From Clostridiales bacterium UBA1740 (lineage in GTDB: Bacteria; Bacillota; Clostridia; Oscillospirales; CAG-272), in the NCBI GenBank assembly GCA_002315715.1, contig DCHY01000033.1, positions 1-61,043 of the forward strand: a stretch of 61,043 nucleotides of DNA, read 5' to 3'. Positions 1-8,195 of this stretch are shown piece after piece. The notes below the pieces were generated by a model that was not told the origin of the DNA, did not search any database, and worked only from the letters and a program-made list of their open reading frames with translations. Position 1 is the first letter of the stretch. Every line of letters starts with the position of its first letter. A program made the translations under genes and the position numbers.

Positions 1-207
1 TCCGTCACTCCGTTCCTTACAATTCCCTTTTTTGGTGGAGTATGGCATGGGGAATTGAACTGCCGGAATTTCATTGTGGCGCTAACTTTCTATTTTGATT
101 CACCATCGGATATTCCAAAAAACAAAATAACCTTTTCATCTTGTCTCTATCTTGTCTTTGTTGTACAATAGAATAGAAGTATAAAGACTTTCAAAGGAGA
201 AAACGCC

Positions 208-1551
208 ATGCCGAATCTGAATAAAGATTTTCTGAACCGAGTCAACAGCACGCAATCTTTGAATATGAAATATTTCTATGCCAAGGGGAACACCGCATCC
301 CCGGCGGAATTTCTCCGTACGACAACGGATGAACTTTCCGTCGAAGAATCTCCGGAAAAAGCCCTTATGTCCGCTATCGTCATCAGCCAATATATAACCG
401 CCAATCGCAACGACCCCGAAGACGAACTCTTAAAAGACGCAAAAGGGGAAGACCTTGATTTTTACGTGGAAATGGCGGATCGTCTGATCGATAAAGCCAT
501 GACGCCGGCGCAGAAGAAAGCGCTTTTCGATGCGATGAGCAAGCACAATCTCGCCGATATCGAATCGCTTGACGAAGAAGGCAACGTAAACCTCACCAAG
601 GCAGCCGAAGAACGCATCGCCGAAGAACGAAAAGAACAAGAAATAGAAAATCTCAATAGTCAAAAAGCCGCGGCCGAGAAAAACGCGGAAGATAGAAAAC
701 AAGAGGAAGAACGCAAAGCCCTCGAGCAAAAAGCAAGAGAAAACGTCGACAAAAAGTATAAGGACGCCTTTGCCAAAGCCAAGGAAGCCTACGAGGCACA
801 GGACGAAAACGAGGATTTGACAAAACCCAACGAAATTCTCTTTGATACGAGATTCCTCAAGAGCTTGAATCCGTCTGATATCGCCGGCAAATTCCTTCCA
901 AGCGAATTTATACCGAAAGAACAGCGCGTATCGCCTGCCGACATGGCAGCCCGCATCCGTCGGGACAACGATGAGAAAAACGAAAGATCCGTCAACTTCT
1001 ATAACGACAAACAGCGCACCATCGCCCAGAACCGTTTCGGTTGCTATTTCGGTCTCAGAAGCAAACTCGAAAACGAGTCGTTTTTGGACTTTCTCAAGCA
1101 TCCGATTGACTCCATCAGAGAGCGCATTCAAATGTACGGTGCCAAAAACGACATTCAAAAGAACTACGGCTTGAACGATACCGCCATTGATACCATGTAC
1201 GACTTGGTTATGAAAACACCGGTGGATATCAATTCCATAATCCCCGAGTATGCCGAGTCTCGACTCCCCGAAGGCTTCGGCTATTTGACCCCGGACGGTA
1301 AGATCGTTCGTCAAACCGCCCCCGAGGAAGAGTATCAAAAAGAACTCGAAAAACTCGAAAAAGAGAGCGCAAACGCCAAAGAAAATGCGAAAATCGTAAA
1401 CGAAATGAAAGAACGCGGCTTGGACCCCGAGACGCAGGAAGAACTTTGGCAAAAGAACCTTGAAACCTTTAAAAACGATCCCAACGTCACGGTGAACGGC
1501 TTGCGTCAAAACGCAACCTCCCCGACGTTCCACAACGATTTGAACAAATAA
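208..1551 (+). CDS. hypothetical Glu/Lys-rich cytoplasmic protein (447 aa) with a central coiled-coil-like segment
   Basis: Long ORF with an AAGGAG SD about 7 nt upstream of the ATG, followed directly by a terminator at 1557-1582. No signal peptide and no motif I recognise. The antisense ORF 430..1614 is a Phe-rich shadow. Confidence 0.7.
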   Translation: MPNLNKDFLNRVNSTQSLNMKYFYAKGNTASPAEFLRTTTDELSVEESPEKALMSAIVISQYITANRNDPEDELLKDAKGEDLDFYVEMADRLIDKAMTPAQKKALFDAMSKHNLADIESLDEEGNVNLTKAAEERIAEERKEQEIENLNSQKAAAEKNAEDRKQEEERKALEQKARENVDKKYKDAFAKAKEAYEAQDENEDLTKPNEILFDTRFLKSLNPSDIAGKFLPSEFIPKEQRVSPADMAARIRRDNDEKNERSVNFYNDKQRTIAQNRFGCYFGLRSKLENESFLDFLKHPIDSIRERIQMYGAKNDIQKNYGLNDTAIDTMYDLVMKTPVDINSIIPEYAESRLPEGFGYLTPDGKIVRQTAPEEEYQKELEKLEKESANAKENAKIVNEMKERGLDPETQEELWQKNLETFKNDPNVTVNGLRQNATSPTFHNDLNK

Positions 1552-1556
1552 GAAAA

Positions 1557-1582
1557 AAGCCTCCTTCGGGAGGCTTTTTTCT
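1557..1582 (+). terminator. rho-independent terminator
   Basis: AAGCCTCC-TTCG-GGAGGCTT hairpin followed by a T-run. Confidence 0.8.
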
Positions 1583-1696
1583 TGAAAAATGACAAAAAAG
1601 TTATTGATTTTCAAACGGGATAGGATTATGATATAGGACTGAAAAAAGCCGATAACTTTTTACCCTAATATCGTTGAAAAACGGAAAGTGCTTTTT

Positions 1697-2290
1697 ATGA
1701 AAAGCCGAGAATTCGTCACGCTTATCAAGCAAACCGGTAAGTGGGAAATGATAGAAAACGTCAAAAACCTCTATCAAACCCTCGCCAAACGCGAAAAAAC
1801 CTTTTGTGAAGCCTTCGACGTGCATTGCAAAGCCTGTTGCGGTTCGTGCTGTGAATGCTTTAATCCCGACATCACCGACGCCGAGGCGACCTACCTCGCC
1901 TATGGCATTATCAAGGAGAATAAAGAAGAGCAAGTCCTCGCAAAATGCAAAGACTATCGGGGAAAAGCGTGCCCCTTGTACGCCAAAGACATTTTTTGCT
2001 CGTTATACCCTTACCGACCGCTCATTTGCCGGCTTTTCAACTGCGCCGTCAGCAACGGCAAAAACGGAGAGCCACAGTTTCGCCACTGCAAATGGAGCGG
2101 AGAAATCGGCGAAATTCCCTCGACAGAATTACAAAAGCAAAGACGAAAACTCGTCTCCATGGAAGAATTCGGCATGCGCATGGACGAGTGCAATCACGAA
2201 ACCGAAAGCACCGCCCTTATCCAGGATATTTTGCCGGAGAAAATCGAGCATTTGTTGTACCTTTGCGACAATTTGAAAAACAACACCTAA
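1697..2290 (+). CDS. YkgJ-family (UPF0153) cysteine-cluster protein
   Basis: CKACCGSCCECF cluster plus downstream CPLY / CSLYPYRPLICRLF Cys motifs typical of the family. The ATG at 1697 is better spaced from GGAAAG than the upstream GTG at 1688. Confidence 0.7.
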   Translation: MKSREFVTLIKQTGKWEMIENVKNLYQTLAKREKTFCEAFDVHCKACCGSCCECFNPDITDAEATYLAYGIIKENKEEQVLAKCKDYRGKACPLYAKDIFCSLYPYRPLICRLFNCAVSNGKNGEPQFRHCKWSGEIGEIPSTELQKQRRKLVSMEEFGMRMDECNHETESTALIQDILPEKIEHLLYLCDNLKNNT

Positions 2291-2317
2291 AAAAGCACCC
2301 AAGCGGGTGCTTTTTTT
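2291..2317. terminator. bidirectional rho-independent terminator
   Basis: AGCACCC-AAGC-GGGTGCT hairpin flanked by an A-run and a T-run. It sits between convergent genes, and the minus-strand stop is at 2316-2318. Confidence 0.75.
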
Positions 2318-2933
2318 ATCGATCGAACAAACGGAAATGATATTTGTCGTTCGTTTTTTCGGGGATTTTGATTTCTTTTTTGAGGGTGATGCACATCTCG
2401 AGAATGTCGTTCTTTTTCTCCGCCGTGAAAAGACACTCCGCGGTTTCTTCGCGATACGAATCGGAAGAGAGCGCTTGCTCGACGGTAGCGGCAGGCACGC
2501 CGAACAGGGAAGCGATACGATAAATCGCGGCGTCGCCTGCGTAAATCTTTTCTCGCAGTTGGGAGATATCCTGCACTTCACGGTTTTGCAAAAAAGCGAG
2601 TGCGGCTTTTCCGTCGTTGCCGATGACTTCTACCTTTTTCACCCCGCGCGGGCACTTGGTAAGGACGAGCGTTTTGCCGCTTTTGAGCGTCACCGCGTCA
2701 CGGGAAGAGAAGGGGCCGACCGTGAATATTTCGCTCTCGGACAGAACCACGCCGCGGAAAAAATAAATAAAGGTAAAGATAATCCAAATCACCGACGCCG
2801 CCATCAAGGGATAGAGTTTTCCTGGAACCGTCACGATGTCATTGTCGCGAAAAGCCAGCCACAATAGAATCAAGGGGGGAATCTCCGTCAAAAAACAGAG
2901 GGGATGCACCGAAAGATAAAACAGTTTTTTCAT
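2316..2933 (-). CDS. hypothetical membrane protein (about 3 N-terminal TM segments plus a soluble C-terminal part)
   Basis: ORF 2316..3026. The internal ATG at 2933 (MKKLFYLSV...) is the likely start. Hydrophobic N-terminus. A TTGCAA-17-TACAAT promoter lies just upstream at about 2955-2985. Confidence 0.6.
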   Translation of the reverse strand: MKKLFYLSVHPLCFLTEIPPLILLWLAFRDNDIVTVPGKLYPLMAASVIWIIFTFIYFFRGVVLSESEIFTVGPFSSRDAVTLKSGKTLVLTKCPRGVKKVEVIGNDGKAALAFLQNREVQDISQLREKIYAGDAAIYRIASLFGVPAATVEQALSSDSYREETAECLFTAEKKNDILEMCITLKKEIKIPEKTNDKYHFRLFDR

Positions 2934-3049
2934 ATTGACCTCGCTTTCATCTCTATTGTAGCATAGGATGCCGCCCGTTGCAAGAAAAATCAAAAAACCG
3001 TCAAGGGGATGAGTGAAGCCCTGCACATAACATTTTCTTTTGCAATAGA

Positions 3050-3083
3050 AAAAAGGACAGAGCCGAAACCCTGTCCTTTTTCG
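3050..3083 (-). terminator. rho-independent terminator after rpsI
   Basis: AGGACAG...CTGTCCT hairpin with a T-run on the minus strand. Confidence 0.7.
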
Positions 3084-3111
3084 TTCCTCGCCAAAATAGC
3101 GAGTCTCGGAT

Positions 3112-3513
3112 TTATCTCTTGGAGAACTGCGGTGCGCGACGAGCAGCCTTCAAGCCGTACTTCTTTCTTTCCTTCATACGAGGGTCACGAGTCAAAAGAC
3201 CTGCCTTCTTAAGAAGGGGTTTGTAAGTTTCATCAGCCGTGAGAAGAGCACGGGCAACGCCGTGACGGATAGCGCCTGCCTGACCGGAGAAGCCGCCGCC
3301 CTGAACGTTGGCAACGATATCGAACTTACCAACGGTTTCGGTAACGCCGAAAGGCTGGTTAACGATGAGTTTCATGGTTTCAAGACCAAAGTATTCGTCG
3401 ATGTTTCTGCCGTTAATGGTGATAGCACCGGTACCGGGATAAAGACGAACTCTTGCGACAGACTTTTTTCTTCTGCCGGTTCCGTAGAAATAAGGTTTTG
3501 CACTAGTATACAT
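3112..3513 (-). CDS. rpsI: 30S ribosomal protein S9 (uS9)
   Basis: [20 protein letters not shown] ... [17 protein letters not shown]. The ATG at 3513 has GGAGG 8 nt upstream, whereas the track start (TTG at 3519) is too close to the SD. Confidence 0.95.
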   Translation of the reverse strand: MYTSAKPYFYGTGRRKKSVARVRLYPGTGAITINGRNIDEYFGLETMKLIVNQPFGVTETVGKFDIVANVQGGGFSGQAGAIRHGVARALLTADETYKPLLKKAGLLTRDPRMKERKKYGLKAARRAPQFSKR

Positions 3514-3530
3514 GTTCAATTCCTCCCTAA

Positions 3531-3956
3531 TCAGTCAAGTACAACGGGTTTCTGAGCCGCGTGATCATGTTCTGCGCCTGCATAAACGTGAAGACGGGTG
3601 AAAGACTTTGCACCGAGAGTGTTATGAGGAAGCATACCCTTAACGGCGAGCTCCATAGCGAGTTCGGGACGGGTAGCCATGAGGTGGCTGTACTGTTCCT
3701 CTTTGAGACCGCCGATGTAACCGGAGTGACGGCGATAGTATTTCTGCGTCAATTTGTTACCGGTAAGAACGGCATCCTTTGCGTTAATGATGATAACGAA
3801 CTCACCGCAATCAACGTTGGGGGTGAATTCGGGTCTGTGCTTACCTCTGAGAATGTCAGCGGCTTTCACAGCGACGCGGCCCAGGGGTTTGCCGGCAGCA
3901 TCGATAACATACCATTTGCGTTCAATGGTATTCTGATTTGCCATAAAAGTGGACAT
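3531..3956 (-). CDS. rplM: 50S ribosomal protein L13 (uL13)
   Basis: [27 protein letters not shown]... is canonical uL13. GGAGG lies 7 nt upstream, and the rplM-rpsI order is conserved. Confidence 0.95.
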   Translation of the reverse strand: MSTFMANQNTIERKWYVIDAAGKPLGRVAVKAADILRGKHRPEFTPNVDCGEFVIIINAKDAVLTGNKLTQKYYRRHSGYIGGLKEEQYSHLMATRPELAMELAVKGMLPHNTLGAKSFTRLHVYAGAEHDHAAQKPVVLD

Positions 3957-4009
3957 GATAATTCCTCCTAATTCGTTTTGCGCAAACGCGCACTTTTTGA
4001 ACGTAGGGA

Positions 4010-4038
4010 ATTATAGCATAGTCGGTGTGCCTTGTCAA
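4010..4038 (-). promoter_or_regulatory. sigma-A type promoter of rplM-rpsI
   Basis: On the minus strand: TTGACA (4038-4033), 17-nt spacer, TATAAT (4015-4010). Confidence 0.6.
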
Positions 4039-4138
4039 GCCTTTTTTGAAACTTTTTTTGAAAAAATCAATTTAGAAAACGCAATCTCTCAAAATCTCGT
4101 TTTTTCTCGCAAATGCTCGCTTTTTTGAAGTTGCGAAA

Positions 4139-4366
4139 TTAAATTTGTTTATGTACGCTTTTGTACTCGTCATAAAAACGGTAGTAATGGCAAGAGCCCG
4201 TGTTCTGCCCGAGAAAATCGTTCATTTCGTCTTCGTCGAGGCTGACGGTGCAGTGATAACTGTCGGTGTATTCGTCGTAATCGTAAAACTCACAGGTTTC
4301 ACAGTTCTTCGGGTGCTTCACCCCGTATTTGGAAAAATCCATACGATCACCATCCTTTTTCTTCAT
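4139..4366 (-). CDS. small Cys-rich acidic protein (75 aa, or 67 aa from the ATG at 4342)
   Basis: MKKKDGDRMDFSKYGVKHPKNCETCEFYDYDEY..SCHYYRFYDEYKSVHKQI has two CxxC-like pairs and resembles small clostridial Cys-rich DUF proteins. The start is uncertain (see findings). Confidence 0.55.
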   Translation of the reverse strand: MKKKDGDRMDFSKYGVKHPKNCETCEFYDYDEYTDSYHCTVSLDEDEMNDFLGQNTGSCHYYRFYDEYKSVHKQI

Positions 4367-4403
4367 TGTATGCCCTCGCGCGCGCTTTGTCAAGAGATAC
4401 CCG

Positions 4404-4432
4404 TTGACAAAAATACAAATATCATGTATAAT
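4404..4432 (+). promoter_or_regulatory. sigma-A type promoter of the CNNM-CNNM-SLOG-yerC operon
   Basis: TTGACA (4404-4409), 17-nt spacer ending in TG, TATAAT (4427-4432). Confidence 0.6.
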
Positions 4433-4461
4433 GATTCTAATTGTACTAATAAAGGATGTGA

Positions 4462-5805
4462 TTGTCCCCAATGGACCCAAGCAGTATAGGGCTCATCGTT
4501 GTTTATTTTTTACTCGTTCTATGCAGCGCCTTTTTCTGCGCGGTGGAAATGGCTTTTTCTTCCGCCACGAAAATTAAATTTCTGAACTATAAGGAGAAAG
4601 CGCCGAAAAAGGTGGCGCTTTGCCTGTCGATTCAGGAAAAATACAATTTCTATTTGATTACGCTTCTCGTCGGCAGTAACATCGTCAACGCCGCGCTTGC
4701 CGCCGTATCGACGATTTTCTCCGTCCGCGTCTATAACGCGATGCACGCGGCAGGGCACTCGGTCGCCGAAGCAACGGTTACCACCGTCGCGACCGCCGTG
4801 ACCACCATCGTCATTTTTCTGTTTTGCGAAACGGTGCCCAAACGCATCGCCAAGGACAGAAGCGAGGAAGCCGCGCTTTTGCTTGCCCCGGTTCTCAAGA
4901 CCGTTTCGACGGTCCTCTATCCCGTTTCCATCGTGTTTATGACGCTTTCGCATCTGCTTGACCGCATGATAAAGCCCGAGCGGGAACCTACCGTCACCGA
5001 GGAGGAACTCTCCGAAATCATCGAAAGTTCCGAGGAAGACGGCGTCCTCGACGAAGACCAAAGCGACCTTTTACAGTCGGCTTTGACCTTTTCGGATACC
5101 CGCGTTGCGGACGTTCTCACGTTGCGCGACGACGTGGTATGGCTGGATATACACAGCGAAAAAGAGGATATTTTACGAAAGATCCGCGAAACGAAATATT
5201 CCCGTTTGCCCGTCTGCGACGGATCGCTTGACGCCCCCGTCGGTATCTTGATGGCAACGGATTTCTTAAAAGCCTATATTCTCGGCAGCTACACGCGTCT
5301 TTCGCGTTTGCTCCGCAAACCCTACTTTACGACGCTTGATGCCAACATCGACGACCTCAAAACCGAGATGAGCGGCAGAAAACAGCATTTGGCACTCGTT
5401 AAGGATAAGACCGGCACCGCCATCGTCGGCGTCGTCACGATTGAAGACTTTCTCGAAGAACTCGTCGGCGAAATATACGACGAGAGCGATACCGTCGATT
5501 ACGACTTTGTAAAACTCGGCGGCAAGTATTTCGAAATGTCCGGCAAACTCCCCTTGACCGAGGTGTGCCGCCGCATGGGATACTACCCGGGCGTGCCAAT
5601 CCCCGTTCATAAAACCGTCAGCACGTGGGCTCTCGAAAAACTCGGCAAGATTCCCGAAGAGGACGACGAGTTTGAGGTCGGCGACCTCACCGTCACCGTC
5701 AACGAAACCGAAAACAGCCGCGTGTCCCGTTTGACCATCAAAATCTCCGATCCCATGATCGACCTCCCCGAAGAAAACGAAGAAGAGGAGGATAGCGAGA
5801 TATGA
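4462..5805 (+). CDS. HlyC/CorC (CNNM/CorB) family transporter, paralog 1
   Basis: N-terminal 4-TM DUF21-like region, a central CBS-pair-like region and a CorC_HlyC-like tail, ending in an acidic tail. Possible starts are TTG at 4462 or ATG at 4471. Confidence 0.85.
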   Translation: MSPMDPSSIGLIVVYFLLVLCSAFFCAVEMAFSSATKIKFLNYKEKAPKKVALCLSIQEKYNFYLITLLVGSNIVNAALAAVSTIFSVRVYNAMHAAGHSVAEATVTTVATAVTTIVIFLFCETVPKRIAKDRSEEAALLLAPVLKTVSTVLYPVSIVFMTLSHLLDRMIKPEREPTVTEEELSEIIESSEEDGVLDEDQSDLLQSALTFSDTRVADVLTLRDDVVWLDIHSEKEDILRKIRETKYSRLPVCDGSLDAPVGILMATDFLKAYILGSYTRLSRLLRKPYFTTLDANIDDLKTEMSGRKQHLALVKDKTGTAIVGVVTIEDFLEELVGEIYDESDTVDYDFVKLGGKYFEMSGKLPLTEVCRRMGYYPGVPIPVHKTVSTWALEKLGKIPEEDDEFEVGDLTVTVNETENSRVSRLTIKISDPMIDLPEENEEEEDSEI

Positions 5806-7088
5806 TTTTTCTCAACGTGATTCTTCCTTTGATTTTGCTCATCGCTTTTTCCGCCTTTTTCTCGTCGGCGGAAATCGCCTTGACCTCGCTCAATCGCATG
5901 CGCCTTGAAAAAATGGCGGAGGAAGGCAAAAAAACAGCCACCCTCGCCGTCAAAATCGAGGACAAATACGCCGATGCGCTTTCGACCCTCTTGATTGGCA
6001 ACAATATCGTCAACACCGCGGCGTCTGCACTCGCGACGGCGGTCGCCCTGAAAGTATTCGGCGGCGACGAAGCCAAGAGCGGTATCATCGCCACCGCCGC
6101 TATCACGGTGCTTTTGTTGATTTTCGGTGAAATCATGCCGAAAATGGTGGGAAAACGTCTTGCCATTCCCATGGCGTGCGTCTATTCCTATCCCCTCGTC
6201 TTTTTCATGGTGCTGTTCCGTCCTTTGACGTTTCTCATCGGCGGCTTCGTCTCGCTGCTTTCTCCGATTTGGAAAAAGAACGAAAAAGACGACGTCGTCA
6301 CCGAAGACGAACTTGCCAATATCATCGAAACCGTCGAAGAAGAAGGCGTAATCGACGAGGATAAAGGCGAACTTTTGCAGTCCGCCCTCGACTTTTCGGA
6401 TATCACCGTCGAATCCATCATCACCCCCCGCGTCGAAGTCTTCGGCATCGACGACGAAGATACCCCCGGGGATATCTTCGAAGAAATCGTCAAAATCAAC
6501 CATTCCCGTTTCCCCGTTTATCACGAAAATCTCGACCACATCACCGGCGTTTTGTACCTGTCGCCTTTCTTAAAAGACGTGGCTGGCCGCGGTATCGAAA
6601 ACGTCAAGATAGCCGATTACGTCAAAGAAACGGCGTACGTCCACAAAACCACCAAACTGCCTGACGCCCTTGAAAAAATGCGACAGATGAAACTGCACAT
6701 GCTCGTTGTTCTCGACGAGTACGGCGGCACCCTCGGCATCGTCACCATGGAAGACATCCTCGAGGAAATCGTCGGCGACATTTGGGACGAAACCGACGAA
6801 ATCGAGGAAGACGTCGTCAAAATTGACGAGCAAACCTACGAAGTGATCGGCCATACCAATATTGAAGATTTCTTCGACGAAATCGAGTTTGAAGATCCCG
6901 ACTTCGACAGCGAATATACCACCATCGGCGGCTTTGCCGTGGAAATGCTCGAGGAAGACGCCCACGAAGGGGACGTTTTCCGTTATAAGAATTTGGAATT
7001 TACCGTTTCCGAAATGGGTGAAAACCTCGTGGAACGTTTGCACGTTTTCATCCTTCCCGAGGAAACGGAAGAGAGGGAAGAAGACTGA
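5802..7088 (+). CDS. HlyC/CorC (CNNM/CorB) family transporter, paralog 2
   Basis: Same architecture as the upstream gene, with an ATGA overlap with its stop (5802-5805). Confidence 0.85.
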   Translation: MIFLNVILPLILLIAFSAFFSSAEIALTSLNRMRLEKMAEEGKKTATLAVKIEDKYADALSTLLIGNNIVNTAASALATAVALKVFGGDEAKSGIIATAAITVLLLIFGEIMPKMVGKRLAIPMACVYSYPLVFFMVLFRPLTFLIGGFVSLLSPIWKKNEKDDVVTEDELANIIETVEEEGVIDEDKGELLQSALDFSDITVESIITPRVEVFGIDDEDTPGDIFEEIVKINHSRFPVYHENLDHITGVLYLSPFLKDVAGRGIENVKIADYVKETAYVHKTTKLPDALEKMRQMKLHMLVVLDEYGGTLGIVTMEDILEEIVGDIWDETDEIEEDVVKIDEQTYEVIGHTNIEDFFDEIEFEDPDFDSEYTTIGGFAVEMLEEDAHEGDVFRYKNLEFTVSEMGENLVERLHVFILPEETEEREED

Positions 7089-7609
7089 TGAAAGCTTGCG
7101 CCTTCAGTGGCCACAGAGACCTCCCCGATGCGCATATACCGGGCTTGCGCGACTTGCTCGCCCGTGCTATTGCCTATGCGTATGGGGAAGGATGCCGCAC
7201 GTTCTACACCGGCGGTGCACGTGGATTTGACACTTTGGCGGCGGAGGAGATTCTTCGTTTTCGGCTTTCCCATCCCGACGTTTCCTTTATCGTTCTGATT
7301 CCCTGTCCCGGGCAGGAAGACGCCTGGGACCAATGGGCAAAAGATCATTACCGTTTTCTTTTGTCTTCCGCCGATGAAGTGGAATACGTTTCTCCCTCCT
7401 ACTTCAGGGGCTGTATGCAAAAGAGAAACAAACGGCTCGTGGACCTTTCGGAGATGCTCATTTGTTACGTATCGCGAGAGCAGAGCGGTTCCTCCCAAAC
7501 CTTGGCAATGGCACAAAAACAAAATCTTCGCATCTATAATTTATATCCTTCCTTGGCAAAGGCCGAAAAGAAGGACGAAAGGAGTTCTTATGAATTCGAT
7601 CCGACATGA
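7088..7609 (+). CDS. SLOG-fold DUF1273 (YpsA-like) protein
   Basis: MKACAFSGHRDLP ... YTGGARGFDTLAAEEIL ... PCPGQEDAW matches the FTGHR / GGAxGxD / PxxxQxxxW pattern of the YpsA family. The start overlaps the preceding stop (TGATG). Confidence 0.75.
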   Translation: MKACAFSGHRDLPDAHIPGLRDLLARAIAYAYGEGCRTFYTGGARGFDTLAAEEILRFRLSHPDVSFIVLIPCPGQEDAWDQWAKDHYRFLLSSADEVEYVSPSYFRGCMQKRNKRLVDLSEMLICYVSREQSGSSQTLAMAQKQNLRIYNLYPSLAKAEKKDERSSYEFDPT

Positions 7610-7877
7610 AGATAAAGAGGCGCTTTTCCGCGCGATTCTCTCTTTGAAAACCGTCGAGGAATGCGAAAAATTCTTTGAGGACGCTTGCACGGTGCAGGAA
7701 ATCTCCGAGATCACCCGTCGTTTTCGCGTTGCCAAAATGCTGAGTGAGGGCAAAGTGTACAGCGAGGTCGCCGAGACCACCGGCGCCAGCACCGCAACCA
7801 TCAGCCGCGTCAAAAAATGCCTCGATTACGGCGACGGCGGTTACGCCGTGGCGCTTTCCCGTATGAAAAAGAAATAA
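7590..7877 (+). CDS. YerC/YecD family TrpR-like DNA-binding protein
   Basis: MNSIRHEDKEALFRAILSLKTVEECEKFFEDACT..E..ITRRFRVAKML..G..Y.EV...TGASTATISRVKKCL. There is an AAGGAG SD, and the internal ATG of track ORF 7374..7877 is the likely start. Confidence 0.8.
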   Translation: MNSIRHEDKEALFRAILSLKTVEECEKFFEDACTVQEISEITRRFRVAKMLSEGKVYSEVAETTGASTATISRVKKCLDYGDGGYAVALSRMKKK

Positions 7878-7882
7878 AGATC

Positions 7883-7915
7883 ATGCTTCCTTGTCAAAAC
7901 AGGGAAGCATTTTTA
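7883..7915 (+). terminator. rho-independent terminator
   Basis: ATGCTTCC...GGGAAGCAT hairpin followed by TTTT. Confidence 0.75.
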
Positions 7916-8101
7916 TATATATATATTTTACATAACCCGCGCGACGTTATCTTTATGGAAGAAAACCGCACAGAACGAAAAACCGCACTTGAAAACCGAT
8001 AACCGTTACGTTATTTTGCTCAAAAATCAGATTGCCCGTAAAACGTTTTTGTGCAAATAAAACAAACTTTATGTTTTTTCAAACTTTTTCTCAAAAAACC
8101 A

Positions 8102-8130
8102 TTGACACAAAACGGCGTTTGGATTATACT
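8102..8130 (+). promoter_or_regulatory. sigma-A type promoter of the amino-acid ABC operon
   Basis: TTGACA (8102-8107), 17-nt spacer, TATACT (8125-8130). Confidence 0.55.
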
Positions 8131-8148
8131 GTAATCACTTCAGCACAC

Positions 8149-8176
8149 TAAAGCGTTAAAGCGTTAAAGTGTTAAA
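8149..8176 (+). repeat. 3.5 tandem copies of an 8-nt unit TAAAGCGT/TAAAGTGT in the 5' UTR
   Basis: TAAAGCGT TAAAGCGT TAAAGTGT TAAA read directly, between the predicted -10 and the SD of the binding-protein gene. Confidence 0.9.
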
Positions 8177-8195
8177 TCAAAAGGAGATTACAAAA

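Noticed and set aside
33-110. tRNA-like 3' end (TGGTGGAG... on the plus strand, equal to ...CTCCACCA on the minus strand) near the left edge.
   Set aside because: The reverse complement cannot be folded into a T-arm plus acceptor stem. No GGAGTAT 5' acceptor partner exists and the T-loop spacing is wrong.
1-171. 56-codon frame open to the left window edge on the plus strand.
   Set aside because: The sequence is AT-rich and overlaps the predicted promoter of the 208..1551 gene. The peptide has no recognisable features, so coding cannot be supported.
2294-2311. Three near-identical hairpins AGCACCC-N4-GGGTGCT (2294-2311, 58845-58862, 60952-60969) as a possible REP-like repeat family.
   Set aside because: Each sits exactly at a gene end with flanking A/T runs and functions as an ordinary terminator. 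The shared stem is short and similarity does not extend beyond it.
3957-4009. Possible ribosomal-protein leader structure upstream of rplM (TGCGC-GTTT-GCGCA hairpin).
   Set aside because: It is only a 5-bp stem in a leader of about 50 nt. That is insufficient to call an L13-type autoregulatory leader without covariance-model support.
7914-7926. (TA)6 microsatellite after the yerC terminator.
   Set aside because: It is short, intergenic and immediately follows the terminator T-tract. Nothing indicates function.
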